Assembly: GCF_004010195.1 (NCBI RefSeq)
Contig: NC_057736.1
Location: 45,014,326-45,078,325, forward strand
Reading direction: 5' to 3'
DNA length: 64,000 nt
From: Chiloscyllium plagiosum
Taxonomy: Eukaryota
The notes beneath the pieces were generated by a model. It ran no database searches. It saw only the letters and a program-made list of their open reading frames with translations, and had not been told where the DNA came from. Position numbers and translations under genes: made by a program. This document shows, piece by piece, positions 36,720 to 50,001 of this stretch; position 1 is the first letter of the stretch; each line of letters starts with the position of its first letter.

Positions 36720-39480
36720 TAAATTACAACTGTTTGCTCCAGCACATTCCCACTATCATTACCGTCAAGCTGCTGGATCAACCTGGTTCAGTGAAGACTG
36801 CGGGAGGCAGTGCTCGGAGCAGCATGAGGCATATGTTAAACCGAGTTGCTGACCTGGTGAAACTACAAAACGGAACTACTTGCATACTAAACAGCAATTA
36901 AGAAACAAGTAGTAGACTGATCAAAGCAATTCTACAACAAATAGATCAGATCTAAACTTTGCAATCCTACCCCATATATTGTGAATAATTGAGGACAATT
37001 AAACAATTTACTGGAAGAGGAGGCTGAACAAATATCCCACCCTTAATGATGGTGGAGCTCAGCACACCAGTGCAAAAGGCAATGCTCAAGCATTCGCAAA
37101 AATCTTTAGCCCGAAATGCTGAGCAGATAATCTGTCTTGGCCTCCTCCAGATGTCCCCAGCAAATCTTCAGCAAGTTTAATCCACCGTATCTGACATTCA
37201 GAAACATTTGAAAATGCTGGCTACTGTGAAGGCTGTGGGCTCTGTCAATATTCTGGCAATGGTGCTGAAGATTTGTTCCCTATTTGTTGTTGCAGCCCTA
37301 ACCAAACTTTCCAGTTCAGCTGCAACACTTGCATCTACCTGACAATGTAGAAAAATGCCCAGGTATGCCCTGTAATAAAAGGAGGACCAATCTAGCACAG
37401 CCAATTACCACCCCAACAATTGACTCTCAGTCAACTGTGAATTGATGGAAAGTGTTAGATAAGGCCAAAGGTATGAGAATCAATATGAGATCTTACAGTG
37501 GACAAGAACAAGTTAACTGCAAGTTTGACAGAAGACATTGTAGAAAAGTGATTCTGTAAGGTAAATACGTTACCACTTCCAAGTTCAAGCTGCAATTAGG
37601 AAGAATGAACAGGCTGACATTTCAGCTGCCGTGAAAACTAATCGGGGGTTAAGTTACCTAAGAGAACATAAAAAGGAGAACGATTTGCAGAAACTAAAGG
37701 AATTCAACAATTGGTAGCTGTGCATGTAAAACCATTTGGAATTGGACAATTTTCACCTGCAATTCCTAATAAGGAAATTGGAATGTCAACTTGACAAGTC
37801 TGACCTGTATGAAAAGCAGCCGAGAAACTCCAGAGATTCACGACTGCAAAGAGGTACCCTACCTTTAGGAGGCATGATAAAAACATAGAGAAAAAGTTGC
37901 AGCCTGGCCAGTTGCCAACTCTCCTGGATAATAACATTCAGGGCTAGGTACAGAATTCAGGTGGCTGTCCCTAGTAGTTACAGGTGTGTGTCATTTACTT
38001 AAGTACTTCAGAAATTGAGTTCTAAGTGCTTCTGCAGTATCTTTACCTATGTATATACTGTTGTCTTTCAAAAACAGGCAACAAAAGGGTCATCGACAAT
38101 CGTAACAAGCAGTATTTGCTTCACAATAACGGGCTTGTTGATGCTAAGTTGTAATTCCCACAGGACAACGCGCCTCCTGACCTCATCAAAAACATAGACA
38201 AAAGAACTTAACTTGAAAGGCGAGGTGAGAATGACTGCCTGTGACCATAAGGCTGTATCTGTCCAAGCATGGCATAATGGAACTCTAGCAGAATTAGTTT
38301 TTATTGGGAATTGGGGCAGGGTGGGGAATAGAGAAACTCTGGTTTCTCCACGCCTGGTTGGAGTTAGATCGGGCTCAGATGCAGATGGACAGTGGTTGTT
38401 GGAGTTAAGTCATCAATGCTTCAGGACATAGTGATCAAGTCTTTTTTAATATTTAATCCATTTTTCTAATCAACCTGTTCAAGATATTATTACAGACCTC
38501 TAGAGCAGGTAGGACTTGAACCCAGGCCTCCTGGTCTGGATAGGGGCATTACTATTGTGCCACAAGAGGATTCTTCTTGTATTTTAGTATCCTAGGCTCA
38601 AACATTTTCAGCTGCTTCATCAATGAGCTTTTTTACCCCTCCTCACCCCCATCATAAGATCAGAATGAGGGAAATTCATTGATTGATACGAAACATTACA
38701 CATTCGTAACTGCTCAAACTAAAACAGTCCATTTTGAAATGCACCAAGACCTAGATAATATCCAGACTGAGCTGAGCAGCGGCAAATAATTTTTGCACCA
38801 GGCGATGACCATCTTCAACAAAGAATCTAACCATCATCCCTTAATATTCAAAGCATTATGACGGTTGAATGCTCTACTAGAGACTGAAGGGGTAAGCTAT
38901 ATAAATACATTGGCTAAAATAACACAGTAGTGACCAGGAATCCTGCAATAAGTAATTCACTTCCTGACTACCCAAGACCTAACCACCATTTACAAGATAC
39001 AAGTCACAAATGCGATGGAATATTTCTCACTTGCCAAGAAGAATGCTGCTGTAGCAACATTCCAAAAATTTCACATCACCTAGGATGAAGCAGCATTTTA
39101 ATTAGCACTACAAGCATTTCACTCCCGACACCAGTGATGTTCAGCAGAGTCAGTGTGGACAATTTACAGGATGCATTGCAGATATTCATTTAGGCTTCTT
39201 CAGCAGCACACCTGTGACCACCAGTCTTAACAAGCACCTTAGTAGTAAATACTTGGGAGCACAATCTACAAGTAACCTTCCTAGCTATGTATCCTGACTT
39301 GTAAATAAGTTGCTATTCCTTCACTTCTGGCTCAAAATCTTGGAACTCTTCCTTTAATAGCATTGTGGGTCCAGCTGCACCAAATAAACTATAATGGTTC
39401 AGGAAAGCAGCTCATTACCCCTTTCTCAAGCAAGGACTGCTGAATGCTGGCAAAGCTAGAGAAGCCTGAACCCTGAATGA
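36720..39480 (+). mobile_element. Old CR1/L2-clade LINE, fragmented
   Basis: Homologous to 47600-50470 (GPDNI/VLKTCAPEL and SNPANY-like segments, shared 3' tail). Confidence 0.7.
38462..38570 (-). mobile_element. Short (~110 bp) tRNA-derived SINE
   Basis: Reverse complement of the units at 42521 and 58387. Confidence 0.7.
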
Positions 39481-39577
39481 ATAAACTAGAAATTATTGCA
39501 AGAGGATTTGAACGTGAAAATAAGAATGTTATCCTTTAGGCATGACCACATTTGTGTACTATGTACAGTTTCAGTGT

Positions 39578-40655
39578 CATAGAATCATAGAGATGTACAG
39601 CATGGAAACAGACCTTTTGGCCCAACTCGTCCATGCCGACCAGATATCTCAACCCTAATGTAGTCCCACTTGCTAGCACCCAGCCCATATCCCTCCAAAA
39701 CCTTCCTATTCATATACCCATTCAGATGCCTTTTAAATGTTGCAATTGTATTAGCCTCCACCACTTCCTCTGGCAGCTCATTCCATACATGCACCATCCT
39801 CTGTTTGAAAAAGTTGTGTCTTAGGTTTCTTTTATATCTTTCTTCTCTCACCCTAAACCTATGACCTCTAGTTCTGGACTTTCCCACCCCAGGGAAAATA
39901 ACTTGTCTACTTACCCTATCCATGCCCCTCATGATTTTATAAACATCTTTAAGGTCACCCCTCAGCCTCTGATGCTCCAGGGGAAATAGCCCCAGCCTAT
40001 TCAGCATCTCCCTATATCTCAAATCCTCCAACCCTGGCAACATCCTTGTAAATCTTTTCTGAACCCTTTCAAGTTTCACAACATCCTTCCGATAGGAAGG
40101 AGACCAGACTTGCATGCAATATTTGAAAAGTGGCCTAACCAATGTCCTGTACAGCCCCAGCATGATCTCCCAACCTTTCGTCAATACTCTGACCACTAAA
40201 GAAAAGTATACCAAACGCCATCTTCATTATCTTATCCACCTGCGAGTCTACTTTCAAGGAGCCATTAACCTGCACTCCAAGGTCTCTTTGTTCAACAACA
40301 CTCCCTAGGACCTTACCATTAAGTGTATAAGTCTTGCTAAGATTGCTTTTCCAAAATGCAACACCTCGCATTTATCTAAATTAAACTCTATCTGCCACTC
40401 CTCAGCCCATTGGCTCAACTGATTAAGATCCTGTTGTAATCTGAGGTAACCTTCTTCGCTGTCCTCTACACCTCTAATTTTGGTGTCATCTGCAAACTTA
40501 CTAACTATACCTCCTACTTTCACATCCAAATCATTTATATAAATGACGAAAAGTAGTGGACCCAGCACCAATCCTTGTTGTACTCCATTGGTCACAGGCC
40601 TCCAGTCTAAAAAAACAACCCTCCACAACCACCCTCTGTCTTCTACCTTCAAACC
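39578..40655 (-). mobile_element. CR1 LINE 3' kb nested in an older plus-strand CR1
   Basis: GVQQGLVLGPLLFVIYINDLD, KFADDTK, 209-aa C-terminal ORF, (CTATGA)-type tail. Confidence 0.92.
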
Positions 40656-41824
40656 AGATGAGAATGTCAATGCATTGGAGGTAGTCTAGAGGTTGTTTAC
40701 TAGACTGATACTTAAAATAAGCAGGCTATCATCTGAGGACAGATTGGGCTTATTCTGACTGAAACTTCGAGTGAGAAATGATTTGCTTGAGGTATTAGGT
40801 TCTGAATGGACTTGTCAGGAAGAATAAGGAAAGGATGTTTACTCTAATGTGTGTCCAGAATGCAGAATCAGTGTTTAAAAATTAGGTGTTTTTTAATGAC
40901 AGAATTGAAGAGAACTTTTTTTTCTCTCTCTCACGTAAGATTATGCAAATTTGGAACAAAGGCAGAAGTTCCTGGGAAAACTCAGCAGGTCTGGCAGCAT
41001 CAATGGAGAGAAATCAGAATTAAATTTCCGGGTCCAGTGACCCTTCAGGCACAGATAGTGCCAGAATTTTTGTTTTTGTTTCTGATTTCCAGTAACCTCA
41101 GTTCTTTTGGTTTTATTCAAATTTAGAACTCTGCACCTCAGAAGACAGTGGATACAGCAAGATTGGAATGTTTTTCATGTGGAAGTAATCAAATCTTTGA
41201 TTCTTATGCCTAATGAGCACTTGTCAAGAATTGTTGGGAATATGGAATTTGTTTCACAAACCAATCAGCCATGATATTCTTAGGGGCAGAACAGAAATGA
41301 GGGCCTAAATGGCCGCCTTAAACTCTTAATTTTCATGTTTATATGAAGATGATTTGTACCATCTAGGCCATTGTGTCACATTTAGGACTTAGTAGCAATG
41401 TATTCTTGGATGGACAGCCTGATGATTGTGGCAATAATATATATGCTAATTTTTTTTATATCCATCAGTTAAGGATTGTCAAACAGGCGAAAGTATGAGT
41501 TGAATTTTTCATGAAAATAGTAATTCTTCTCATATAAAAACATGATGGTTTTGGAGTTGGAAAGAAAGAGTTGATTTTCTATTTATTATCTTCCATTTTA
41601 TCATTTATTGGAAAAATTCTGAGTATTTCAATCAAAGGTTACTTGCTGATTCTCAATTGTTTGTGATTTTAATTTAAGAAACAATCTAATAAGTCTGACT
41701 TCTTTTCGTTTCAAGTGCTGATAATTTATATGTTTGTTCTCTAGTAGTTCCAGATATATTCCTAACCATCCTGTTCAGGGTGGTACTTGAACCTGGGCCT
41801 CTTGGCACAGGGGCAAGAACACTA

Positions 41825-42340
41825 CCATATTTAGAATACCATGTCCAATTTTGGGCCCCACACCTCAGGAAGGACATACTGGCACTGGAGCGTGTTCAGC
41901 GGAGATTCACAAGGATGATCCCTGGGATTGAAGGCCTGACATATGATGAATGGGTGAGGATCCTGGGATTGTATTCATTAGAATTTAGAAGGTTGAGGGG
42001 AGATCTATCAGAAACTTACAAGATAATGCATGGCTTAGAAAGGTGGGCGCTGGAAAGTTGTTTCCGTTAGGAGGGGAGACTAGGACCCATGGGCACAGCT
42101 TTAGAATTAGAGGGGGGCAATTTAGAATGGAAATGAGGAGACATTTCTTCAGCCAGAGAGAGGTAGGTCTGTGGAATTCATTGCCACGGAGCGCAGTGGA
42201 GACCAGGACGTTAAATGTCTTCAAGGCAGACATTGATACGGGGAGAGTGCGGATAAGTGGCGTTGAAATGCCCATCAGCCATGATTAAATGTCCGAATGA
42301 ATTTGATGGGCCAAATGGCCTTACTTCCACTCTTATGGTC
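41825..42340 (+). mobile_element. CR1 LINE 3' end
   Basis: LEYHVQFWAPHLRKDILALERVQRRFTRMIPG, HFFSQREVGLWNSLP. Confidence 0.88.
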
Positions 42341-42507
42341 ACTGCACCCAAGATGCTTTTGTCTGCTAGTTCCATTGTTTGTGTGTTAGAAAAAAAAAGA
42401 CTGCTTTTGTTGCAGGGGCATACTTAGTGGGGATTGATTTGCTTTTTTTTTTCGCAGAACTAGAAGTATAACGCAGCACTGCTGTTTCCATTCACCTCCA
42501 AACTATT

Positions 42508-42793
42508 TCAAATCTTAACAGGGCTCTTGTGGCCCCAGTGGTAGTGTTCCTACCCCTGCACCAGAGAGGCTTGGCTTCAAGCCCCACCTGCTCCAGAGGT
42601 GTGTCATAGCATTTCTGAACAGGTGGATTAGATAAATAGGTTAATTTTTAAAAAATAACAAAATTCAAATCTTATTCGAGGGTTCTTGTGGCATAGTGGT
42701 AGGATGAACCAGGAGACATGGGCTCAAGTGCCCACCTGCTCCCAATCAAAATATTTCTGGAAAGGTTCTTGAGGAACATATCGTCAAATCTTA
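42508..42793 (+). mobile_element. Tandem pair of short tRNA-derived SINEs
   Basis: Two GGG(C/T)TCTTGTGG...CCCACCTGCTCC units delimited by three copies of TCAAATCTTA. Confidence 0.75.
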
Positions 42794-44725
42794 GCTGTAG
42801 AAGTATGTTCTCTTTTCATGGTTATAAGAAATACAGAATTTGTAGTTTGCTAAGGGAGAACCTACCTAATTTCTCTTGTTACATGCATTTCCATTATCCC
42901 CATGCAGCAGTGTGACTGATTGGTAATTAGGGCTTTCTGGTGTAGTTTTCAGTGAGGCTTCAGCCGATAGAATAGGAGAACTGTTGTATTAAGAGCCACA
43001 TTACTCTAAGATGTGTGAATTGGTGGCCAACAAGTGTATCCAGAATCATTGGCTCCTGCATGCTATGAATTATTGCTTACTGAAAGTAAAGATTTAGTAG
43101 ATGAAGCAGGAAGAACCTCTTATGCTTTGATATGTGAAGGGTATACAGAAGAAGGGAACATGGAACAGGATAATCCAGTGTATGAAAGAGAAAATTTCCT
43201 GGGGCTTTCAGTTAATAAAAACTGACAAATTAAATAGTTATTTTACACCTGTTTTTTTCCTTCCCACATCCATCCTTGCCCAATACTTTACTTCAAGCTT
43301 GTCTGTTTCCTTCAGGAGTACATTCCCCTGTGTTAGTCATCTATAAGGGTAGTATTCTGAAATCTGTATGGCTTAATTTGTTTTTTACTTTCTAGAATAA
43401 TGTTCGTCAAAGATTGGCTACAAATCATTGCACTCTGTCTATGAATATTGTTTAAAAGCAACAACATTTGTTTATATTTGTGCTTTTATCTTTGTAAAAC
43501 ATCCAGAGGTGATCCACAACAGCATAATCAGACAAATATTGACAGAACTATAGAAGAAGTTATTTGAATAGGTGACTATTATAAGTTTGTTGGAAAATGG
43601 GTTTTAAAGAGTCACCTATGAGAGGTGAATAAGAGATAGAAAGTCCAAGAGATATAGGGAAGAAATTCCAGAGTTTAGTGTTTATACTTTTGAGGCATGG
43701 CTGTCAGTCCTATTTGGAAAGGACCAAGGCTCATACAAAGGCTAGATTAAAATCAAGCAAGCAGTGGACCTGAACGTTAACTCTGATTTATCTCCATAGA
43801 TGCTGCCACACCCGCTGAGCTTTTCCAGCAATTTCTGTTTTTGTTTCTGATTTGCAGCATCTGCAGTTCTTTTGGTTTCTGTACCTGTTTGGATATTTTT
43901 GAGTGAAGTGGCCTTTCAGGGTAAAGCAAAATTTGATGCATCATACTCAGTTGCACAGGGAAGGCGTAAAAAGTGTGGGAATACAAAACTTGTCCGAGAT
44001 TCAATTATGATGGAACACTATTCACATTTTCAGATGAGTTCACCTCCAAAAGCTTTCAAAAAGCTGAACACAAACTAGGGGAAAACAGCCAATTTGATTG
44101 TCAACCCATTTACCACGTTAACCATTCATTTGCTCCACCTTCAGTGTCGCTTGTTTAAAATCCTGGAATTTCTTCCCTAACAGCATTTTGGGCATGCAGG
44201 CACCAAATGAACCATACTAGGACAAAAAAGACACCTACACCTACATTCTCAAGGGCACCTAGGGATTGTCCTAAATGCTGGTCCTGATATCCATGAATGA
44301 CGAAAGAGAAAACACTGATGGATGGTGATGGCATTATCCACCATATAAGGGGTGCATTGTGGTAAATGATCATTGTTTGACAGTATCTTCTATATTCATG
44401 ACGTTCTATAAATTTGAAGAAGCAGGGCCACAGAAGCATGAAGAAACCATTACTTTTATATTTCTCCTATAAACCACATATCATCCTGACTTTGAACTCC
44501 ATCGTCGTTCTTTTACTGTTGCTGGGTCAAAATCCTAGAACTTCCCTCGTACATCAAGATGAATTACAGCTTTTCAAGAAGGTGGCTTTCTCAGTCAGTT
44601 AGGGATGGAGAATAAATGGTAACTTTCCCAGTAACATGCTCGTCCCATAAAAAGATAACTTAAATCTCCCCTCCACTATCTGCTGGTTTGTAGACTATAT
44701 CTGTTAGTGTAACAGATTTTATACA

Positions 44726-44914
44726 CAGGTTGTTCTGCTCTAACGTGCATTTCATTAATATGAATGTGCTGTAGCATGATTGATGAATTGGGGATACTGT
44801 TTCTAAAGTGCAAACTTTTAAAACTGTGTTGGCTGTAATGCTGTTTCTAAAGCACAATTTTTCTATAATGCAGGGTTGCACGAGAACGCAACCATCATGT
44901 TGTAGAACTATCTG
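44726..44914. mobile_element. Tigger-like MITE
   Basis: CAGGTTGTTCTGC ... GTAGAACTATCTG|TA imperfect TIRs. Confidence 0.55.
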
Positions 44915-45249
44915 TATGTCCAAATGGTTCTATTTCTGTCCTGTTGGTAGCGATTTTGTTTTTTTTTTAACTACCATATTATTCAAAATAAGTACAGCTG
45001 TTCTATTTTTCTTGTTTTTCATCTCCATCTTTGTTATGCCCTACAATGTTTAATTTTCGGTCCTAATTTTTCGATAGAAAGTCTCAATAATCCCTATTAT
45101 CTTTATTTTCCCTCAATGCATGATTACCTCCAGCTTTCCTGTTTAATTATACAGAATGCATTACTTTCTAGTCATATTAGTTCATTTTTAATAGGATTTT
45201 CTCTCACTTTTGTTTAACCATTTTTGGACTCATCAATATCAATAGTATG

Positions 45250-46400
45250 ACATGTTCACAAGACATGATGATAGATCATAAATGATTTTAAAACAATTGG
45301 AGAGGCCTACTGAATGGGCAAGACCAGTTTAGTTAGAATACAATGTGGGGTTGCCCACTTTAGTTGGAAAATCAGATCTGCAGACATTCCTTAAATGTTT
45401 AAAGATTAGGGAGTGTAAATGTAAAAAGAAACTTGGGTGCCCTTGCAGATAACTGAAGACTAGCATGCAGGTGCACCAAGCTAATTGGAAGGCTAATGGA
45501 ATGTTAGCATTTTTATTACAAGGGGATGTGAGTATAGATGTCATGAACCTTTGTTTCAAATAGGATAATGGTTTAAGCACACCTAGAGTAGTGTGTGCAG
45601 AGATTAGATCTCCTTTACCTCAAAAGATGCTATTGACATGGGGGAATGCAATGAAGGTTCACCAGCTTTATTCCCAGGATGGCAGGACTGTCCTTGAAGA
45701 AAGATTGGGCAAACTGAACCTGTTTCTCTTGAGTTTCAATAAATGAGAAATCTCATTGAAACCAAGAAAATAATTGAATGGATAGTCAGGTGAGATAGAG
45801 GCAGAATGTTTGCCTTGTGCGGGGAGTCCAGACTTATCAGGCACCATTTTAAAGTAAGTTAAGAGAATTTCTTCTCCCCCAAAGGTTGCAAACTCTTTAG
45901 AATTCTGTATCAGTGAGTGGTACGGAAACTCTGTCACTGAGTATGTTTAAGGTTGAAAATAATGATTACTATGGTGGCTCAGTGGTCAGCACTGCTGCCT
46001 CACAGCACCAGGGTCCCGGGTTTGATTCCAACCTTGAGTGATTGTGTAGAGTTTGCACGTTCTCCCCGTATCTGCATGGGTTTTCTCTGGGTACTCTCAT
46101 TTCAGGTGCAGGCTAGGTGGATTGGCCATGATAAATTGTCCATAGTCTTCAGGGATGTGTAGGTTGGTAGATAAACCATGGTAAATGCAGAGTTATAGGG
46201 TAGATGGGTGGGTCTGGGTGGGATGGCCTTCAGAAGTTCGGTGTGGACTTGATGAACTAAATCGCCTGCCTCCACACTGTAGGGATTCTGTGATTCAATG
46301 GTGTTCTAGTATTGGGAAATATGTGGGTACAATCATACTTAATGGCAGGGCAATTTCAATGGACTGAATGGTCTGCTGCAGTTCCTATGTTCCTCCAATC
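45250..46400 (+). mobile_element. Decayed CR1 3' part with SINE insertion (45970-46293)
   Basis: Degenerate CR1 RT C-terminal DNA; SINE head GGTGGCTCAGTGGTCAGCACTGCTGCCTCACAGC. Confidence 0.75.
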
Positions 46401-48359
46401 CTAAAAGCTATAATTAGTTAAGCACATGGATTTTAAAATGGAAACAAAAAAGCAGATCACATTGTAAATTGACTACAATTTCTAGACAGAACTCAGACAT
46501 CATCTTCTTATAAAACCACACCCTTGTATTGTGTTGACCGCATAAAGTGTCGACAAGAGGAAACAGATCAGTAGATGAGATGACTGTCTCTCCCAGTTCT
46601 TAACAAGGAAGAGCTATTAAACACATTATGCTTGATGTGGAGCTAATGGCTGACTGTTGATCACTTCCAAATGAACAATGGTGCTTGCCAAAAAGTCAGA
46701 AAACAGTTGTGAGGCATGGAGTTTTCCCAGCAAGTGAACAACAGTAAGAAGCAGAGAATTTGGCGAAGATGAAGAAAAGAGTTTGTCGGCATTAAGGCTA
46801 AATGGTAGTCTTATTAGGGAGTGGCAAGCATGAATATCATTATTACCGAATGTCACCTCAATTATGTACAGGTTGCCACACCCTGAGGTATGAGTGAGAA
46901 ACTAGCTGGTGCCAGTTCCCCACTTGAAAGTCAGAACCTGACAGCTGCAACACCGGCATCCTTTGCTGTGACAGGAAGAGAGGCAGTTTGTCATGCTTGC
47001 CAGCACTGACCAGTCATAGAGGCTGACATATTGCTTTATGACACTGTCACTATCAGATTGTATGGCAAATGTACTTTTTGTGTTTCAATCAAATGGCCAT
47101 GTATGAAATCTAAGACGATTAGTCCTTAGTCTGGTTAAGAAGGCTGTCAGTCAGTCGGAGGGTGCTGCTACATTTTGTAAAGGGCATTGTCCAATCTCAG
47201 TCCATGGGGATAGCCATGGTCATCCAAGTGCTTAGTGTCCTTACAGTTTTGGGATTCAACCATGGTGAGTCACACAGTTTGAGTGCAACCAGTCCAGGAA
47301 TTACTAGTAAATCAGACAGGAAGTCGTAAAAAAGTCAGTTGAGGGGTTGCTGCATCCTCAATCAAGAAAGATAATGAGATATCCTAAGTGAGTGAGTAAG
47401 AAACACAGATAGTAGGAAAGGTTACTAGTTTGGGGATTGTGGGTGAGTGAGATCCATTGAGGGAAGATGTTGCATGCAGCAGTGAGTGTGCTAGACCATG
47501 ACACTGGATGGGATGTGGGCACAGTGACAGTGTGTGGGTGGGTGTGTGTGATTACAGAGAGAAGATGATGGCACTTACCCAGACAAAGCATACAAGGTCA
47601 ATAATTTTATTGTTAAGCATTCCTTCAAACCGTGGAAAACGCATTGGCCAGTATGGCTACATCAGACCAAGGTGGCAGCGTCAGCTGCAATGGTCTCCTC
47701 TGGCCTCCTCCATTTGTCCCCAGCATTACAAATACCAGTCTTCAGCCAATTCGATTCACTCCACGTGATACGATGAAAGGTTGGAGATACTGGATACTGT
47801 AAAGGCTATGGTCCCTGACAACGTTTGGCAATAGTACTTAAGACTTGTGCTCCAGAATGTGCCAATCCCCTATCCCAGCTTTTCTAGTACAGTTACATCA
47901 CTGGCATCTATGTGACAATGTGGAAAATTGCCTAGGTATGTCCTGTACATAAAAAAGCAGGACCAATCTAACCCAGCCAATTACTGCCCTATCAGTCCAC
48001 TCTCAATCATCAGTAAAGTGATGCAAGGTGTCATCAACAATACTATCAAGAAGTTTCTGCTGCGCAATAACCTGCTCAATGACACCCTGTTTGTGTTCCA
48101 CTAGGGCCATTCAGCTGCTGACCTCATTACAGTTTTGGTTCAAAAAGAAACAAAAGAGCTGAATGGAGGTGAGTTGAAAGTGACTGCTCTTGACTTACAA
48201 CCGAGTATTTCATCAACAAGTCCAAACAAAGCTGGAATCAATGCACATCGGGGCAAGCTGTCAGCTGTTTGGAGTCACGCCTGGCACATAGTAAGATGGT
48301 CATGGTTGGTAAAAGTCAGTCATCTGAGCTCCAGGATATTAGAATTAGAGTTCCTACAA

Positions 48360-48681
48360 TGTGGATACAAGTCCTTTGGTGCAACATGTCCACACCGACC
48401 CTCCGAAGAGTAACCCATCCAGACCCATTCCCCTACCCTATATTTACCCCTGATTAATGCACCCAACCTACACATTCCTGAACACTGTGGGCAATTTAGG
48501 ATGGCCAATTCACCTAATGTGCACATCTTTAGATTGTGGGAGGAAACCGGAGCACCCGGAGGAAACCCACGCACATACAGGGAGAATGTGCAAACTCCAC
48601 GTACAGTCACCTGAGGCTGGAATTGAGCCCAGGTCCCTGGTGCTGTGGGGCAGCAGTGCGAACCACTGTGCCACCGTGCCA
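48360..48681 (-). mobile_element. HE1/V-SINE-like SINE, followed by a Penelope pLTR piece (48688-48785)
   Basis: Reverse complement of the SINE consensus; the adjacent segment is the reverse complement of 13115-13195. Confidence 0.85.
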
Positions 48682-49285
48682 TCCTGAATGGTGACGAAAT
48701 ATTTGAAAATGAACCTTCCAGCCCAGCAAGCAAAATTACATCCAGAACCTCAACCTGAGCTACAAATCTTCTCAAAACTCACGAACCCAGTTCACTCTTC
48801 AGCAGCAAACTTGAGTCTTAAAAGAATGTATTGATTAGATTGATGTTTCTGGTTTAGCGGAGATCTGAGAAAGAACTTTTTTCATCCAGAGGCCAGCAGA
48901 TGCAGGAATGTACTGCCCGAGAGGGTGGCGAAGGCAGGCACTCCCAGAACACCAAAGATGCATCGGGATGGACACCGAAAACGCCAAGGGTCTGGCAGGC
49001 CACGGACAATCACAGCCAAACAGAACAGCAAATAAACTCGTGCAGTCTGGTGCCTACAGCCTGGCACTGACATGGTGAGCCAAAGGGCCTGGTCCTGTAT
49101 GGTATGTCTCATGAATTTAGGGCTTAAACGTACAAATGCACCCATATCTCTGCAGGAGTTCCTCAGGGTTGTGTCCTAGGCCCGACCATCTTCAGCTGCT
49201 TTATCAATGACCTTCTCTCCATTTTAAGGACAGAAGCAGGGATATTCATCAAAGATTGCACAATGTTTGGCACCATTCATGACTC

Positions 49286-49373
49286 CTGAAGAAGGGCTTA
49301 TGCCCGAAACGTCGATCCTCCTGTTCCCTGGATGCTGCCTGACCTGCTGCGCTTTTCCAGCAACACATTTTCA
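49286..49373 (+). ncRNA. 88-bp hammerhead-containing insertion with 16-bp TSD
   Basis: CTGAAGA-AGGGC-TTAT-GCCC-GAAACGTC-GA; flanked by GCACCATTCATGACTC at 49270-49285 and 49374-49389. Confidence 0.85.
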
Positions 49374-49842
49374 GCACCATTCATGACTCTTCAGATACAG
49401 AAGCAGTCCACGTTCAAATGTAACAATATCTGGACAATATCCAGGCTTGGGCTGACAACTGGCAACTAACATTCGTCCCACACAAATGTCAGGCTATGAC
49501 TAATAAGAGACAATCTATCCACTGTCTCTTGACATTCAACAATATTACGATTACTGAATACTCCACTATCAACATCCTGGAGTAATCATTTATCAGAAAC
49601 TCAACTGGACCTGTCACATAAACATTGTAGCTACAAAAACAGGTCAGAGGTTAGGAATACTGGGGTGATAGTGTGAAGGAATGCTCCCCGCTTTTCTGGA
49701 AGAGTGCAGCTTCAACTCCAACACTTAAGAAACTTGACACCATCCAGAACAAAGCAGCCCATTTGATTAGTACCACATCTGCAAGCTTCCATTCGCTCCA
49801 CCATTGATGCTCAGTAGCAGCAGTGTGTACTTTCTGCAAGAT

Positions 49843-50001
49843 ATCAGCCATGATGTGGTGCTGCCAGTGTTGGGCTGGTCTGGACAAGGTCAGAAGTCAT
49901 ACGACAGCAACTTCACCTGACGAAGGAGCAGCGCTTCGAAAGCTTGTGATTTCAGACAAACCTTGTGGACTAAACCTGGTGTCGTGTGACTTCTGACCTT
50001 A
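49843..50001 (+). ncRNA. Hammerhead motif (49914-49948) within an inverted-repeat-bounded insertion
   Basis: CAC-CTGACGA-AGGAGC-AGC-GCTTC-GAAAGCTT-GTG; 21-bp inverted repeats at 49886-49906 and 49980-50000; TSD TCTGCAAGAT. Confidence 0.8.
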
